64,000 nt of DNA from an uncultured Gammaproteobacteria bacterium (lineage in GTDB: Bacteria > Pseudomonadota > Gammaproteobacteria > JACCXJ01). Both the position numbers and the translations under genes were made by a program. The notes beneath the pieces were generated by a model. The model was not told where the DNA came from. It made no database searches and saw only the letters and a list, made by a program, of their open reading frames with translations. The DNA is taken from positions 384,001 through 448,000 of the forward strand of contig CAVXTM010000018.1 of the NCBI GenBank assembly GCA_963764725.1, in the 5' to 3' direction. Of this stretch, positions 17,761 to 26,503 are shown in pieces (position 1 is the stretch's first letter; the number at the start of each line of letters is the position of its first letter).

Positions 17761-18459
17761 CTACTCTTTCGCCTCAAGGCCGATCGTGGTCTCCAACAAA
17801 TTAAAGACCGTTCGAATATGTGCGGCCTTATCCTCTAGGGTCTTCATTGCACTGTCACCTTGATAGATAGCGCTGCTATTCGCAAAAAGCATATTGCCAC
17901 TCATCCAAGAGCGGATAACATCAAAGCTGACAATCCATTTTTCCTCTGGGTTCTCAAATTCAGCTTTAACACCAATATGGCTCTTGGACGCGCCGAAGTC
18001 CTCAGCTCGGAACGCCATCTTGTTGCCCATGAGGTTATTCAAAAAGTCATCTGCGGCGCTCGGGCTATCGCTCAACAGACTCAAGTGCGCCGCGCTTCGA
18101 ATCATGTGTTGCCTGTAAGTCATGGTGGGCAACCATTCAGCCAAGGCACTGAGGCTGATGGTGACACAGTCTTGGATGGTTTCGATGTCCTTCCCAACCG
18201 CATTAGTAAAGGTCGCAGAAAACTTATCCGCCGCCACTTCCAATACCCCATTACCTCTGAACAGCGTTATCTTTGCCCTCACGTCCGAAAGCGCAGTACC
18301 ACCACTGACTTGCATGTCGCTGGGCCGCACTACGTAGGCCGGAGCAAGATGCTGATAAAAGATACTCAACACATCGACGTTTTCTCTCTCCAGCTTAAAA
18401 ATCGGGGTGGTGAAAACCGCCTCGTATACAATATCCAGCAAGCTCGTTTCGTATTGCAT
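17761..18459 (-). CDS. Hypothetical protein, possibly TIGR04255-like; first gene of the RES-Xre operon
   Basis: Long open ORF with AT-richer codons, ending 17 bp before the antitoxin start. Alternating beta/alpha pattern; family call tentative; start could be 18591. Confidence 0.65.
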   Translation of the reverse strand: MQYETSLLDIVYEAVFTTPIFKLERENVDVLSIFYQHLAPAYVVRPSDMQVSGGTALSDVRAKITLFRGNGVLEVAADKFSATFTNAVGKDIETIQDCVTISLSALAEWLPTMTYRQHMIRSAAHLSLLSDSPSAADDFLNNLMGNKMAFRAEDFGASKSHIGVKAEFENPEEKWIVSFDVIRSWMSGNMLFANSSAIYQGDSAMKTLEDKAAHIRTVFNLLETTIGLEAKE

Positions 18460-18780
18460 TCGCGTCTGCTGAAACTTATTGATTATCCAATCCGACTGCG
18501 GCTGATAAGCTATTATGGTAATCTTCCTCCTTTGGTTCAATGAAAACCTGAATCTGGTTCGACACTTACTTATTTCAATTTCTGACAGCATTAAACTGAC
18601 GACGTACGTAAACCGCTGTATTGACGAATAAGAATTTTTTAAACTCCCTGTTTCGTGGAGACTGGACCTGTGGGGTCGTTAAACACGCGAGATCGCTGTC
18701 GAGAATCGGGCACTTCGGGCCCATTCATCGGTGCAAGGCGCCCAGGTACCGATCCGTGGATCGGGAGCGGTTGGGCGGCG

Positions 18781-19809
18781 TCAGTTTCCGACTGCCGCGG
18801 GGTGAGAGTTATCCGGGATCCGGTAACCCTTCATGCGCCGCCAGAGCGTCGTGCGGCTGATCCCTAAGTCTTTCGCTACGGAATCGAGATTACCGTCGCG
18901 CGCTTCTAGAGTCTTCATAATCGCCTCGCGCTCCAAGCTATCGAGGCGCACGAGCGGCTCTTGATGCCTGGGTCTTACCGTCTTGGGCAACCAAGATCCG
19001 GGCATGATCTCGCTCCCCTCGGTCACCACCAACGCGCGGATCACGAGATTCTCAAGCTCGCGTATGTTGCCTGGGAAATCATAGGCGCATAGGGATGCCA
19101 GGGTCTCGCCGTGGAGCGCGATGATGCTATCGTTAATGCCATGGCGGTGTTTCGCCAGAAAATGCTCGGCGAGCACCGGTATGTCGCGCCGGCGTTCCCG
19201 CAACGCCGGCATCGTGATAGGGAACGTATTCAGACGGTAGTAAAGATCCGCTCTGAAATTACCCCGCTCCACCTCGCGCTGGAGATCTTTATTGGTTGCG
19301 GAGATGAGCCTGATATCGACACGCCGGTATTGATTGTCTCCCACGCGCCGAAAGCTTCCGTCCTGTAACACCTGCAGTAGCTTCACCTGCAACGTCGGGC
19401 TCAACTCGCTCACTTCGTCCAGGAACAGCGTGCCGCCGTCCACGGCTTCGACCAACCCTTTCTTATCCTGGACCGCGCCCGAAAATGCGCCGCGCTTGTG
19501 GCCGAAAAGCTCGCTCTCGCACAAAGTTTCCTGCAGGCTGCCGCAGTTTTGGGCGATAAACGGCCGTCCGCGGCGAGGACTCGCACTGTGAATCGCCGCT
19601 GCAAGCAGGGTTTTTCCGCTTCCCGTCTCGCCTCCGATCAAGACCGGAACGGAACACCTTGCCACCCGTCTTGCGGAGTCGATAACAGCCCGCACGGCGT
19701 CGCTCCGTCCCACGATGGGATCGAAAGGATCGGCCGTGTCCGCCACTGTGACAGCGCTAAGATCACCTTGCACACACCCGCCTACGATCGCTTCAAAGTC
19801 GGTATCCAT
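18781..19809 (-). CDS. Sigma-54-interacting AAA+ transcriptional activator with Fis HTH and no input domain
   Basis: GETGSGKT, ESELFGHKRGAFSGA, TLFLDEV, FRADLYYRL, FPGNIREL and LGISRTTLWRRM; GGGAG RBS before ATG 19809. Confidence 0.92.
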   Translation of the reverse strand: MDTDFEAIVGGCVQGDLSAVTVADTADPFDPIVGRSDAVRAVIDSARRVARCSVPVLIGGETGSGKTLLAAAIHSASPRRGRPFIAQNCGSLQETLCESELFGHKRGAFSGAVQDKKGLVEAVDGGTLFLDEVSELSPTLQVKLLQVLQDGSFRRVGDNQYRRVDIRLISATNKDLQREVERGNFRADLYYRLNTFPITMPALRERRRDIPVLAEHFLAKHRHGINDSIIALHGETLASLCAYDFPGNIRELENLVIRALVVTEGSEIMPGSWLPKTVRPRHQEPLVRLDSLEREAIMKTLEARDGNLDSVAKDLGISRTTLWRRMKGYRIPDNSHPAAVGN

Positions 19810-20066
19810 GTCGTGCTCCCGAATAGAAAGGTTCGTCTCCAAAATCATCTACGAGGCAGCCGCCGTTTTGGATTGGTGAAACTGCGGGATAATATAAGTG
19901 CGATCTTTGCGTGATTCGGTAAACTATGTCCTATCTGGTGTGTGAAAAAATTACGCTGCGGCGCTCGCCGCTACACCCGCCTCCCTGTGTGCGCAGGATG
20001 TGCCGCGGCCCGGGGGTGTAAACCGCGTTATGGATGGCGAACACCCGCTCGGGGTTAAGAAAGTGG

Positions 20067-20594
20067 TTATTTGACTTTGGTGTATGTCAGGGTTTCGGGC
20101 ACCTGGAAGACATCGTCAAAGTCCCCATCGATATTGATGTCTTCCTTGAGCGTCAGCTTATCTCCCTCTAGCTTGTACTGAATGGCGTAGTCACTCTTCG
20201 ACGACTTCATCTCGATCGCGCTCCAGGTATTGTCGGCCTGATTGTATTGCGCCTCGCCGAACGATTCGGCGGTCCATTCCATATATTCGGGCGTGGCTGA
20301 TACCGAACCGGTCTCGCGCGCGGTTTCAGTCCAATCATACAGCACCTGACCATTGGGTCCGATGAGGCTTTTGTACCACGAGTATGTATAGGTATTCTCC
20401 GAAAACGCCACCTTCCCCTTGGATTTATGGGTTCCCAACGAGTCGCTTTGATCGGGAAGTTCGGCTTCCCAGGTCCCGCCGATATTGAAGCTATCCGGGC
20501 TCGCGGTCGCCGCCGTATCACCGCCTTCACCACCGCAGGCGGCTAGTCCAAGCACAGAACCCAATAACGCTAATGCCCGTAAATTTCTTTTCAT
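20067..20594 (-). CDS. Lipoprotein of unknown function (lipocalin-like beta barrel)
   Basis: Lipobox LGLAAC, IGGTWE motif, C-terminal YKLEGDKLTL...TYTK; AGGAGG RBS. Confidence 0.8.
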   Translation of the reverse strand: MKRNLRALALLGSVLGLAACGGEGGDTAATASPDSFNIGGTWEAELPDQSDSLGTHKSKGKVAFSENTYTYSWYKSLIGPNGQVLYDWTETARETGSVSATPEYMEWTAESFGEAQYNQADNTWSAIEMKSSKSDYAIQYKLEGDKLTLKEDINIDGDFDDVFQVPETLTYTKVK

Positions 20595-20646
20595 TTAATC
20601 CTCCTGGTATTACTTTTGAGAACACAGTTCTTGTATCATCCGCACC

Positions 20647-22689
20647 TTAAAGAGTAAGCGTTGTCCACCCCGGGTCGGGGGAAAAGCGCGGCCCGAACTT
20701 CGTTGTTAATGCCTCTAGCCGTGCCTCTATCGCCTCCTTCCCGGTTTCCTTCACATAGTGCAATGGCCCGCCGCGAAACGGAGCAAACCCGGCACCGAAG
20801 ATCATGCCCGCATCCAAGAGATCGGCATCCTCCACCACCCCCTCCCGCAAGCAAGCCACCGCTTCATTTATCAGCCGCAACATGAGCCGGTCGCGGATCT
20901 CGTCGAGGTCATACGAGTCCTTGCCGTGACCGCGTCGGCGGACGGGTTTGCCCTTGCGATAAGCATAGATCCCTTTGCCGCTCTTGCGCCCGAGGTGGCC
21001 TTGGGACACGAGGTTTCTAAGCTGCCCGGGCACCTCGGATTTGAAATGCCCGGCCAGGATCTGGCCCACCGACAGACAAATATCGATGCCGACGGTGTCC
21101 GCCAGCTCCAAGGGACCCATCGGCATCCCGAACTCGGTTGCGGCAGCATCGACGACCTCGGGCGGTATGCCTTCCGACCACAGGACGATGGCTTCCATGA
21201 GATAGGGCATTAACACCCGGTTGACGAGAAACCCGGGGGAGCTTTTCACTGGGAGCGGCAAGCGATCGAGCGCACGCACCAGCGCAGCGGTCTTCGTCAA
21301 GCACTCCGGGTCCGTCGCCGGGGCGTCGATCACCTCGATCAACTGCATCTTGGCGACCGGATTGAAGAAGTGCAATCCGACCAGCCGCTCGGGGCGCTTG
21401 AGGATCGCGGCCAGGGTTTCGAGCGGGATACTGGAGGTATTCGTCGCCAGGATGGCGTCCGCTTTGAGGCGCGGTTCAATCGTCTCGTAAAGCGCTTGCT
21501 TCGTCTTAACATCCTCGACGATCGCCTCGATAACGAAATCTGCATGCGGCAATCCCAAGCCATCGTGGTCCGGGACCAATCGATCGCAGGCGTCTCGTCG
21601 CAGCCGCCGGTCTCGGATGCGTTTCGAGAACAGCTCGTGAGCACGCCGCAGCGCCGGCGCGATATATTGCGGGCCGCGATCCTGCAGCGTGACATGCAAG
21701 CCCCGCAGAACGCACCAGGCCGCGATGTCCCCACCCATGACACCCGCGCCGATAACATGGATCTTCGGCCGCGCTTGCCCTTGTTTACGCCCGAGGCCCT
21801 TCAGCCGCTCTTGCAAGAAGAATACGCGCACCAGATTACGGGCGCTCGGGCCGGTGGCAAGCCGGGCGACCGACTGGGCTTCCTCCACGAGCATGTGCGC
21901 CGGGTCACCTCCGTGTTGCTCCCACAAGTCTATGAGCGCATAGGGCGCCGGATAATGGTTTGGGCGCACGCGTTTCCGTACCTGCGCACGGAGATAGCGC
22001 GCGAGCCAAGGACGCACCAGCTTGGCGTTCGCGAGCTGCAGGAAATACTTCGGTTTCTTGATTGGTGGCGGAGTCAGAGCGTGGGCAATAATCGCGGATT
22101 CAAAATGGCGCTCGGGAACCGCCGCATCGACGATACCGAGCTTTTTGGCGGTCCGTGCGTCCACGGTCCTCCCGCTCAGCATCAGATCCATCGCAGCCGG
22201 GGCGCCGATGAGCCTCGTCAGCCGCATAGTGCCGCCGAAGCCTGGATGAATACCTAGAAGAACCTCGGGTAAACCCAAGCGCGTTGCCGGTTCATCCAAG
22301 GCGACACGGTAACGGCACGCCAACGCCAGCTCTAGGCCCCCGCCGAGGCAAAACCCGCGAATGGCCGCCACTGTCGGGCACGCCAAGCTTTCCAGTCGAT
22401 CGAAGATCGTTTGTCCCCGCCGGATGAGCGCGAGCGCGTCCTCGCTATCGCGCAGCGACGCAATTTCCTTGACGTCAGCCCCGGCAATAAAACCGCTCGG
22501 CTTGGCGGAGCGGATGATCAATCCGCGCGGTAAGCTTTTGCTGATAGCACCGATGATGACATCGAGCTCGCCCAGCACCTCGGAGGACAGTACATTAGGC
22601 CCCGGGCCTTGTTTGTCCAGATGCAAGCTGGCGATGTTGGATGAGTCGATCTCAAGGCGCCAATGTTTAAAGCCTGGTTCCAATCCCAT
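20647..22689 (-). CDS. fadJ: Fatty acid oxidation complex alpha subunit (enoyl-CoA hydratase/3-hydroxyacyl-CoA dehydrogenase)
   Basis: FIAGADV, CLGGGLELALAC, GLPEVLLG, VIGAGVMG, ATNTSS and GLHFFNP; start MGLEPG just below the MITE. Confidence 0.9.
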   Translation of the reverse strand: MGLEPGFKHWRLEIDSSNIASLHLDKQGPGPNVLSSEVLGELDVIIGAISKSLPRGLIIRSAKPSGFIAGADVKEIASLRDSEDALALIRRGQTIFDRLESLACPTVAAIRGFCLGGGLELALACRYRVALDEPATRLGLPEVLLGIHPGFGGTMRLTRLIGAPAAMDLMLSGRTVDARTAKKLGIVDAAVPERHFESAIIAHALTPPPIKKPKYFLQLANAKLVRPWLARYLRAQVRKRVRPNHYPAPYALIDLWEQHGGDPAHMLVEEAQSVARLATGPSARNLVRVFFLQERLKGLGRKQGQARPKIHVIGAGVMGGDIAAWCVLRGLHVTLQDRGPQYIAPALRRAHELFSKRIRDRRLRRDACDRLVPDHDGLGLPHADFVIEAIVEDVKTKQALYETIEPRLKADAILATNTSSIPLETLAAILKRPERLVGLHFFNPVAKMQLIEVIDAPATDPECLTKTAALVRALDRLPLPVKSSPGFLVNRVLMPYLMEAIVLWSEGIPPEVVDAAATEFGMPMGPLELADTVGIDICLSVGQILAGHFKSEVPGQLRNLVSQGHLGRKSGKGIYAYRKGKPVRRRGHGKDSYDLDEIRDRLMLRLINEAVACLREGVVEDADLLDAGMIFGAGFAPFRGGPLHYVKETGKEAIEARLEALTTKFGPRFSPDPGWTTLTL

Positions 22690-22701
22690 TACCCCCCCTA
22701 T

Positions 22702-22844
22702 GAAGCTCTGCAAAAGTTACTGCGCAGCCCATCTGCTTTGGCGCGTGCTCGTTCGTCGCTCGCCTATCTACCTCTGATATGTCTCGCGACTCGCTGCGCG
22801 GCTTCGCGCATCTGGGCTTGCTCGCGACACTTTTGCAGAGCTTC
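22702..22844. mobile_element. MITE copy B (143 bp) between fadI and fadJ
   Basis: Same 16-bp TIRs as copy A; flanked by a CCTAT direct repeat. Confidence 0.9.
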
Positions 22845-22875
22845 CCTATCTCTAGGTGCGATATCCGAATATCAT

Positions 22876-24180
22876 TCATTGCCGCTCCAGCAACATCGCG
22901 CCTCCTTGACCGCCGCCGATGCAAAGGGCGGCCACGCCACGGACGGCTTGGTTGCGCTCAAGGACGCGCAGCAAATGCAGAACGATGCGGGCGCCGCTTG
23001 TCCCGACGGGATGACCCATGCTGATCCCGCCGCCGTCCACGTTCAGGCGATCGCGCGCGATCACTCCCATCGGTTGATCCAGGCCCAACTCCTCGCGGCA
23101 ATAGGTTTCGTCGTTCCAGGCCGCGAGGCAGGCGAGGATTTGGGCCGCGAAGGCCTCGTTGATTTCCCAGTATTCAATATCGGCGAGGCTCAAGCCATGG
23201 CGCTTCAATAACGGTGTCGCGGCGTGGACGGGCCCCAGCCCCATCTGGCTCGGATCGAGCCCGGCCCATTCACTGTCGATGATCCGCCCGAGCACGGGAA
23301 GCTTGTGACGTTCAACCGCGCTCTCGCTCGCCAGGATCACGCAGGCCGCCCCATCGGTTACCTGGGCGCTGTTGCCGGCGGTCACCTTGCCGAAGTCTCT
23401 ATCAAAGGCGGCTTTTAAGCGCGCGAGCTGCTCCAAGGTCGTATCCGCCCGCACGCCTTCGTCGTGATCGTAGTAATTGCCCTGCCAATCGTAGAGGGTT
23501 TCGATTTCTTTCAGCCTCCCCTCGCGCTGTGCTTGGGCGAGGCGTTGGTGGCTTTCGAGCGCATAGGCATCGATGGCCCCACGGCTGAGCCCGAAGCGGT
23601 GCGCTACGATCTCGGCGGTCTGCCCCATCGACAATCCAACCACGGGATCGGTCAAGCCTCGCAGCAGGCCGATGATGGGCTGCAAATAACCCAAGCGTAG
23701 CTGCGTCAACACCTTGAACCGCTGTCCCAGGTTGCGCGCCTGGCTCCATTGCCCGAGCCAGGCCACCATAGCATTGCCAAAAAGCACCGGCGCATGGCTC
23801 ATGGCTTCGGTGCCGCCCGCGAGCACCAGCTCGGCGCCTCCCGAGGCGATGTCGCGCGCGGCGCTGTCGATGGCTTGCATCCCCGAGCCGCAATTGCGCT
23901 GCACCGTCCACGCCGGGGTCGCATCGCCACAGCCGAGACGCAGGGCAATGACCCGGGCGATATTGGCCTCATCGGGACCTGGCATGATGCAACCGAATAT
24001 GACCTCGTCGAAGTCCGCCGGCGCGAAGGGCTGGCGCGCGAGCAGCGGCCGGGCGGCGTTGATCGCGAGTTCGGTGGCGGTGAACGGTCCAGGCTTAGCG
24101 CGTGCTTTGAGAAAAGGTGTGCGGCTGCCGTCGATGACGAACACCGGCCGCCCCGGTATGGATGTTTTGGTGATGGTCAT
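22876..24180 (-). CDS. fadI: Acetyl-CoA C-acyltransferase (beta-oxidation thiolase)
   Basis: SRTPFLK, QRNCGSG, EINEAFAAQ, GHPVGTSG and LCIGGGQG. Confidence 0.88.
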   Translation of the reverse strand: MTITKTSIPGRPVFVIDGSRTPFLKARAKPGPFTATELAINAARPLLARQPFAPADFDEVIFGCIMPGPDEANIARVIALRLGCGDATPAWTVQRNCGSGMQAIDSAARDIASGGAELVLAGGTEAMSHAPVLFGNAMVAWLGQWSQARNLGQRFKVLTQLRLGYLQPIIGLLRGLTDPVVGLSMGQTAEIVAHRFGLSRGAIDAYALESHQRLAQAQREGRLKEIETLYDWQGNYYDHDEGVRADTTLEQLARLKAAFDRDFGKVTAGNSAQVTDGAACVILASESAVERHKLPVLGRIIDSEWAGLDPSQMGLGPVHAATPLLKRHGLSLADIEYWEINEAFAAQILACLAAWNDETYCREELGLDQPMGVIARDRLNVDGGGISMGHPVGTSGARIVLHLLRVLERNQAVRGVAALCIGGGQGGAMLLERQ

Positions 24181-24189
24181 AGCAACTCC

Positions 24190-24468
24190 TCAACCACCTT
24201 CCGCGGTCGTTGGGTCGATCACCGACGCCACCTCCGAGACCCGATTTGCGGGGAAGCCACCTTGGCGCGCATGTTCCCGCACCATCTCCTCGTTGGGCGC
24301 GATATAGATGCAATAGACCTTCTCGCTGGTCACGTAGCTCTGAACCCATTGAATTTGAGGTCCAAGCCCATTTAACACACCGCACGATTTCTGCGAGATC
24401 GCCCGCAAATCCTGCGCTGAAAGTTTTCCCGCGCCGGGGATCTCGCGTTCGATGACGTACTTAGGCAT
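24190..24468 (-). CDS. DUF4242 (SCO4226-like) small protein
   Basis: MPKYVIEREIPG...QWVQSY...KVYCIYIAPNEEMVREHARQGGFPANRVSEV. Confidence 0.85.
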   Translation of the reverse strand: MPKYVIEREIPGAGKLSAQDLRAISQKSCGVLNGLGPQIQWVQSYVTSEKVYCIYIAPNEEMVREHARQGGFPANRVSEVASVIDPTTAEGG

Positions 24469-24537
24469 GGTGAGTCTCCGTTATTTTGTACCTTCGAGAG
24501 TATTCTAACCCTCAATGGCCGGCCCGACCTATCCGCG

Positions 24538-25518
24538 TCACGTTCGCCGCGTCCGCAGCCCCGGATTCAACGCCTCCCGCAGTCCCTCTCCCACCAGGTT
24601 AAAGGCCAAAACCACGATGAGGATAGCGAACCCGGGTGTAAAAAAAAGCCACGGCGCATCGAAAATGAAATCCTTGCCGTCAGCGAGGATATTTCCCCAG
24701 GTGGCGTAGGGCGGCTGTACCCCGAAGCCGAGAAAGCTCAGCGCCGACTCGGTCAAGATCGCCGAGGCCACGTCGATGGTCGCCGACACCAGCACCGGCG
24801 CCATCGCGTTCGGGAGCATGTGCCGAAACATGATGCGGATCTCGGGTACACCCAGCGCTTGGGCCGCCACCACGAAGTCACGCTCGCGCAGGGACAGAAA
24901 CTCGGCCCGTACGAACCGGGCCGTGCCCGTCCAGCTCGTCAGCCCGATGACGATCATGATGTTGTATATGCTCGGCGGCAAGAGCGCGACCACGGTCAGA
25001 ATGAGGAAAAAGGTCGGGAAGCACATCATGGTATCGGTAAACCGCATGATAAAGGTATCCACCGTGATGATGCCGAGCCGCAGATTTCCGTAAAACCCGG
25101 CAAGCGCGCCGAGCGCGGTGCCGATGAGCACCGAAATGCCCACGGCGACGAACCCGATTGAGAGCGACACAAAGGAGCCTTGCAACATGCGCGCGAATAC
25201 ATCGCGGCCAAGCTCGTCGGTGCCGAGGAGATAATGGCCGAATACGGGACTATCCCGCGCGGGCATCGTGCCTGATGCAGCCTCGGAGAATGGAGGTTTG
25301 AATTTATCCGGTAAGCGAATCGTTTCCGTGTCGAACACCACCCACCACTCGGTTAACACCTTTCCGGCGATTGCCAACCCGAGCAGGATCAGGATTACGA
25401 CGGCGCCGGCCGCGGCCAGCCGGTTTTGCCAAAACGTAGGCCAGAACGCCGGGGCCTCACCGGCCAGATCCGGCGCTAGGGCCTCGGCGGCAATGCTTTG
25501 CGGTTGCGCGCTGCTCAC
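24538..25518 (-). CDS. Peptide/nickel ABC transporter permease (OppC/DppC family)
   Basis: HYLLGTDELGRD, EAA-like loop RERDFVVAAQALG and ESALSFLG. Confidence 0.92.
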   Translation of the reverse strand: MSSAQPQSIAAEALAPDLAGEAPAFWPTFWQNRLAAAGAVVILILLGLAIAGKVLTEWWVVFDTETIRLPDKFKPPFSEAASGTMPARDSPVFGHYLLGTDELGRDVFARMLQGSFVSLSIGFVAVGISVLIGTALGALAGFYGNLRLGIITVDTFIMRFTDTMMCFPTFFLILTVVALLPPSIYNIMIVIGLTSWTGTARFVRAEFLSLRERDFVVAAQALGVPEIRIMFRHMLPNAMAPVLVSATIDVASAILTESALSFLGFGVQPPYATWGNILADGKDFIFDAPWLFFTPGFAILIVVLAFNLVGEGLREALNPGLRTRRT

Positions 25519-25520
25519 GG

Positions 25521-26483
25521 TTACTCGATCTGAATGCGCGGATCGGCGAATAGGTACAAGATGTCCGCGACGAAGGTGCCGATGAGCGTCAGCACCGCAG
25601 CGATGAAGTTCAAGGTCAAGATCACCGGGAAATCGCGCGCCAAGATGGCTTCATAACCCAGGCGGCCGATGCCCGGCCAAGCGAAGATCTGCTCGAAGAT
25701 CACCGAACCGCCGATCAAGCCCGGCACCAGAAAACCGAACATGGTGACGAAGGGCAAGAGCGCATTGCGTAACGCGTGGCGGTAGATGACGACGTCCTCG
25801 GGCAGCCCCTTGGCACGCGCGGTGCGCACATAATCTTGGCCGATGACCTCCAGCATTTGCGAACGCACGTAACGCGAAAGGATCGCAATCCCCATCACGG
25901 CCGACATCAGCGCCGGGATGGCCAGATGCCAGAGGCGATCCATCCATTGGAAAACGGGTACGGCCTCGCCCATTCCGAAGGTGCTCATCCCGATCACCGG
26001 TACGTCGAGCGTATCGACGACACCGAGGATCACCAGATAGGAGAGAAAAAATCCGGGTATCGAAATTAGCGTATAGGACAGAAAGGTCGTCGAGCGGTCG
26101 AAAGGAGAGTCCCTGTGGACCGCCGCGTGGATCCCGGTCGGGAACGACAAGCCCCAGACAATCAATGTGGTGAGCAGAAACAAGGGCAAGGAGTTCAAGA
26201 GACGCTGGCCTATCTTCGGCAACACCGGCTGGCTGTCCTTAAACGACTTCAAATCACCGGACGCGAGATCCCGCAGCCAGTAGATATACTGCAGGTAGAG
26301 CGGATCGTCGAGATGAAACGCGGCCCGGATGCGCGCGATGTCCTCGGGTTTCATGCGCGGGTTCGAGGGGTCCACTTCACTCGGCTCGCCCGGCGCGAGA
26401 TGCACCACGGAATGCGCGAGGATCGAGACGAAGACGAGCAGAATGAGACGTTGCCAGACGTTGCGTAAGATATAGGCCCACAT
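25521..26483 (-). CDS. Peptide/nickel ABC transporter permease (OppB/DppB family)
   Basis: DYVRTARAKGL, HALRNAL, EQIFAWPGIG and ADPRI. Confidence 0.92.
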   Translation of the reverse strand: MWAYILRNVWQRLILLVFVSILAHSVVHLAPGEPSEVDPSNPRMKPEDIARIRAAFHLDDPLYLQYIYWLRDLASGDLKSFKDSQPVLPKIGQRLLNSLPLFLLTTLIVWGLSFPTGIHAAVHRDSPFDRSTTFLSYTLISIPGFFLSYLVILGVVDTLDVPVIGMSTFGMGEAVPVFQWMDRLWHLAIPALMSAVMGIAILSRYVRSQMLEVIGQDYVRTARAKGLPEDVVIYRHALRNALLPFVTMFGFLVPGLIGGSVIFEQIFAWPGIGRLGYEAILARDFPVILTLNFIAAVLTLIGTFVADILYLFADPRIQIE

Positions 26484-26503
26484 GGCTTATCGTTCTTGAA
26501 ATA

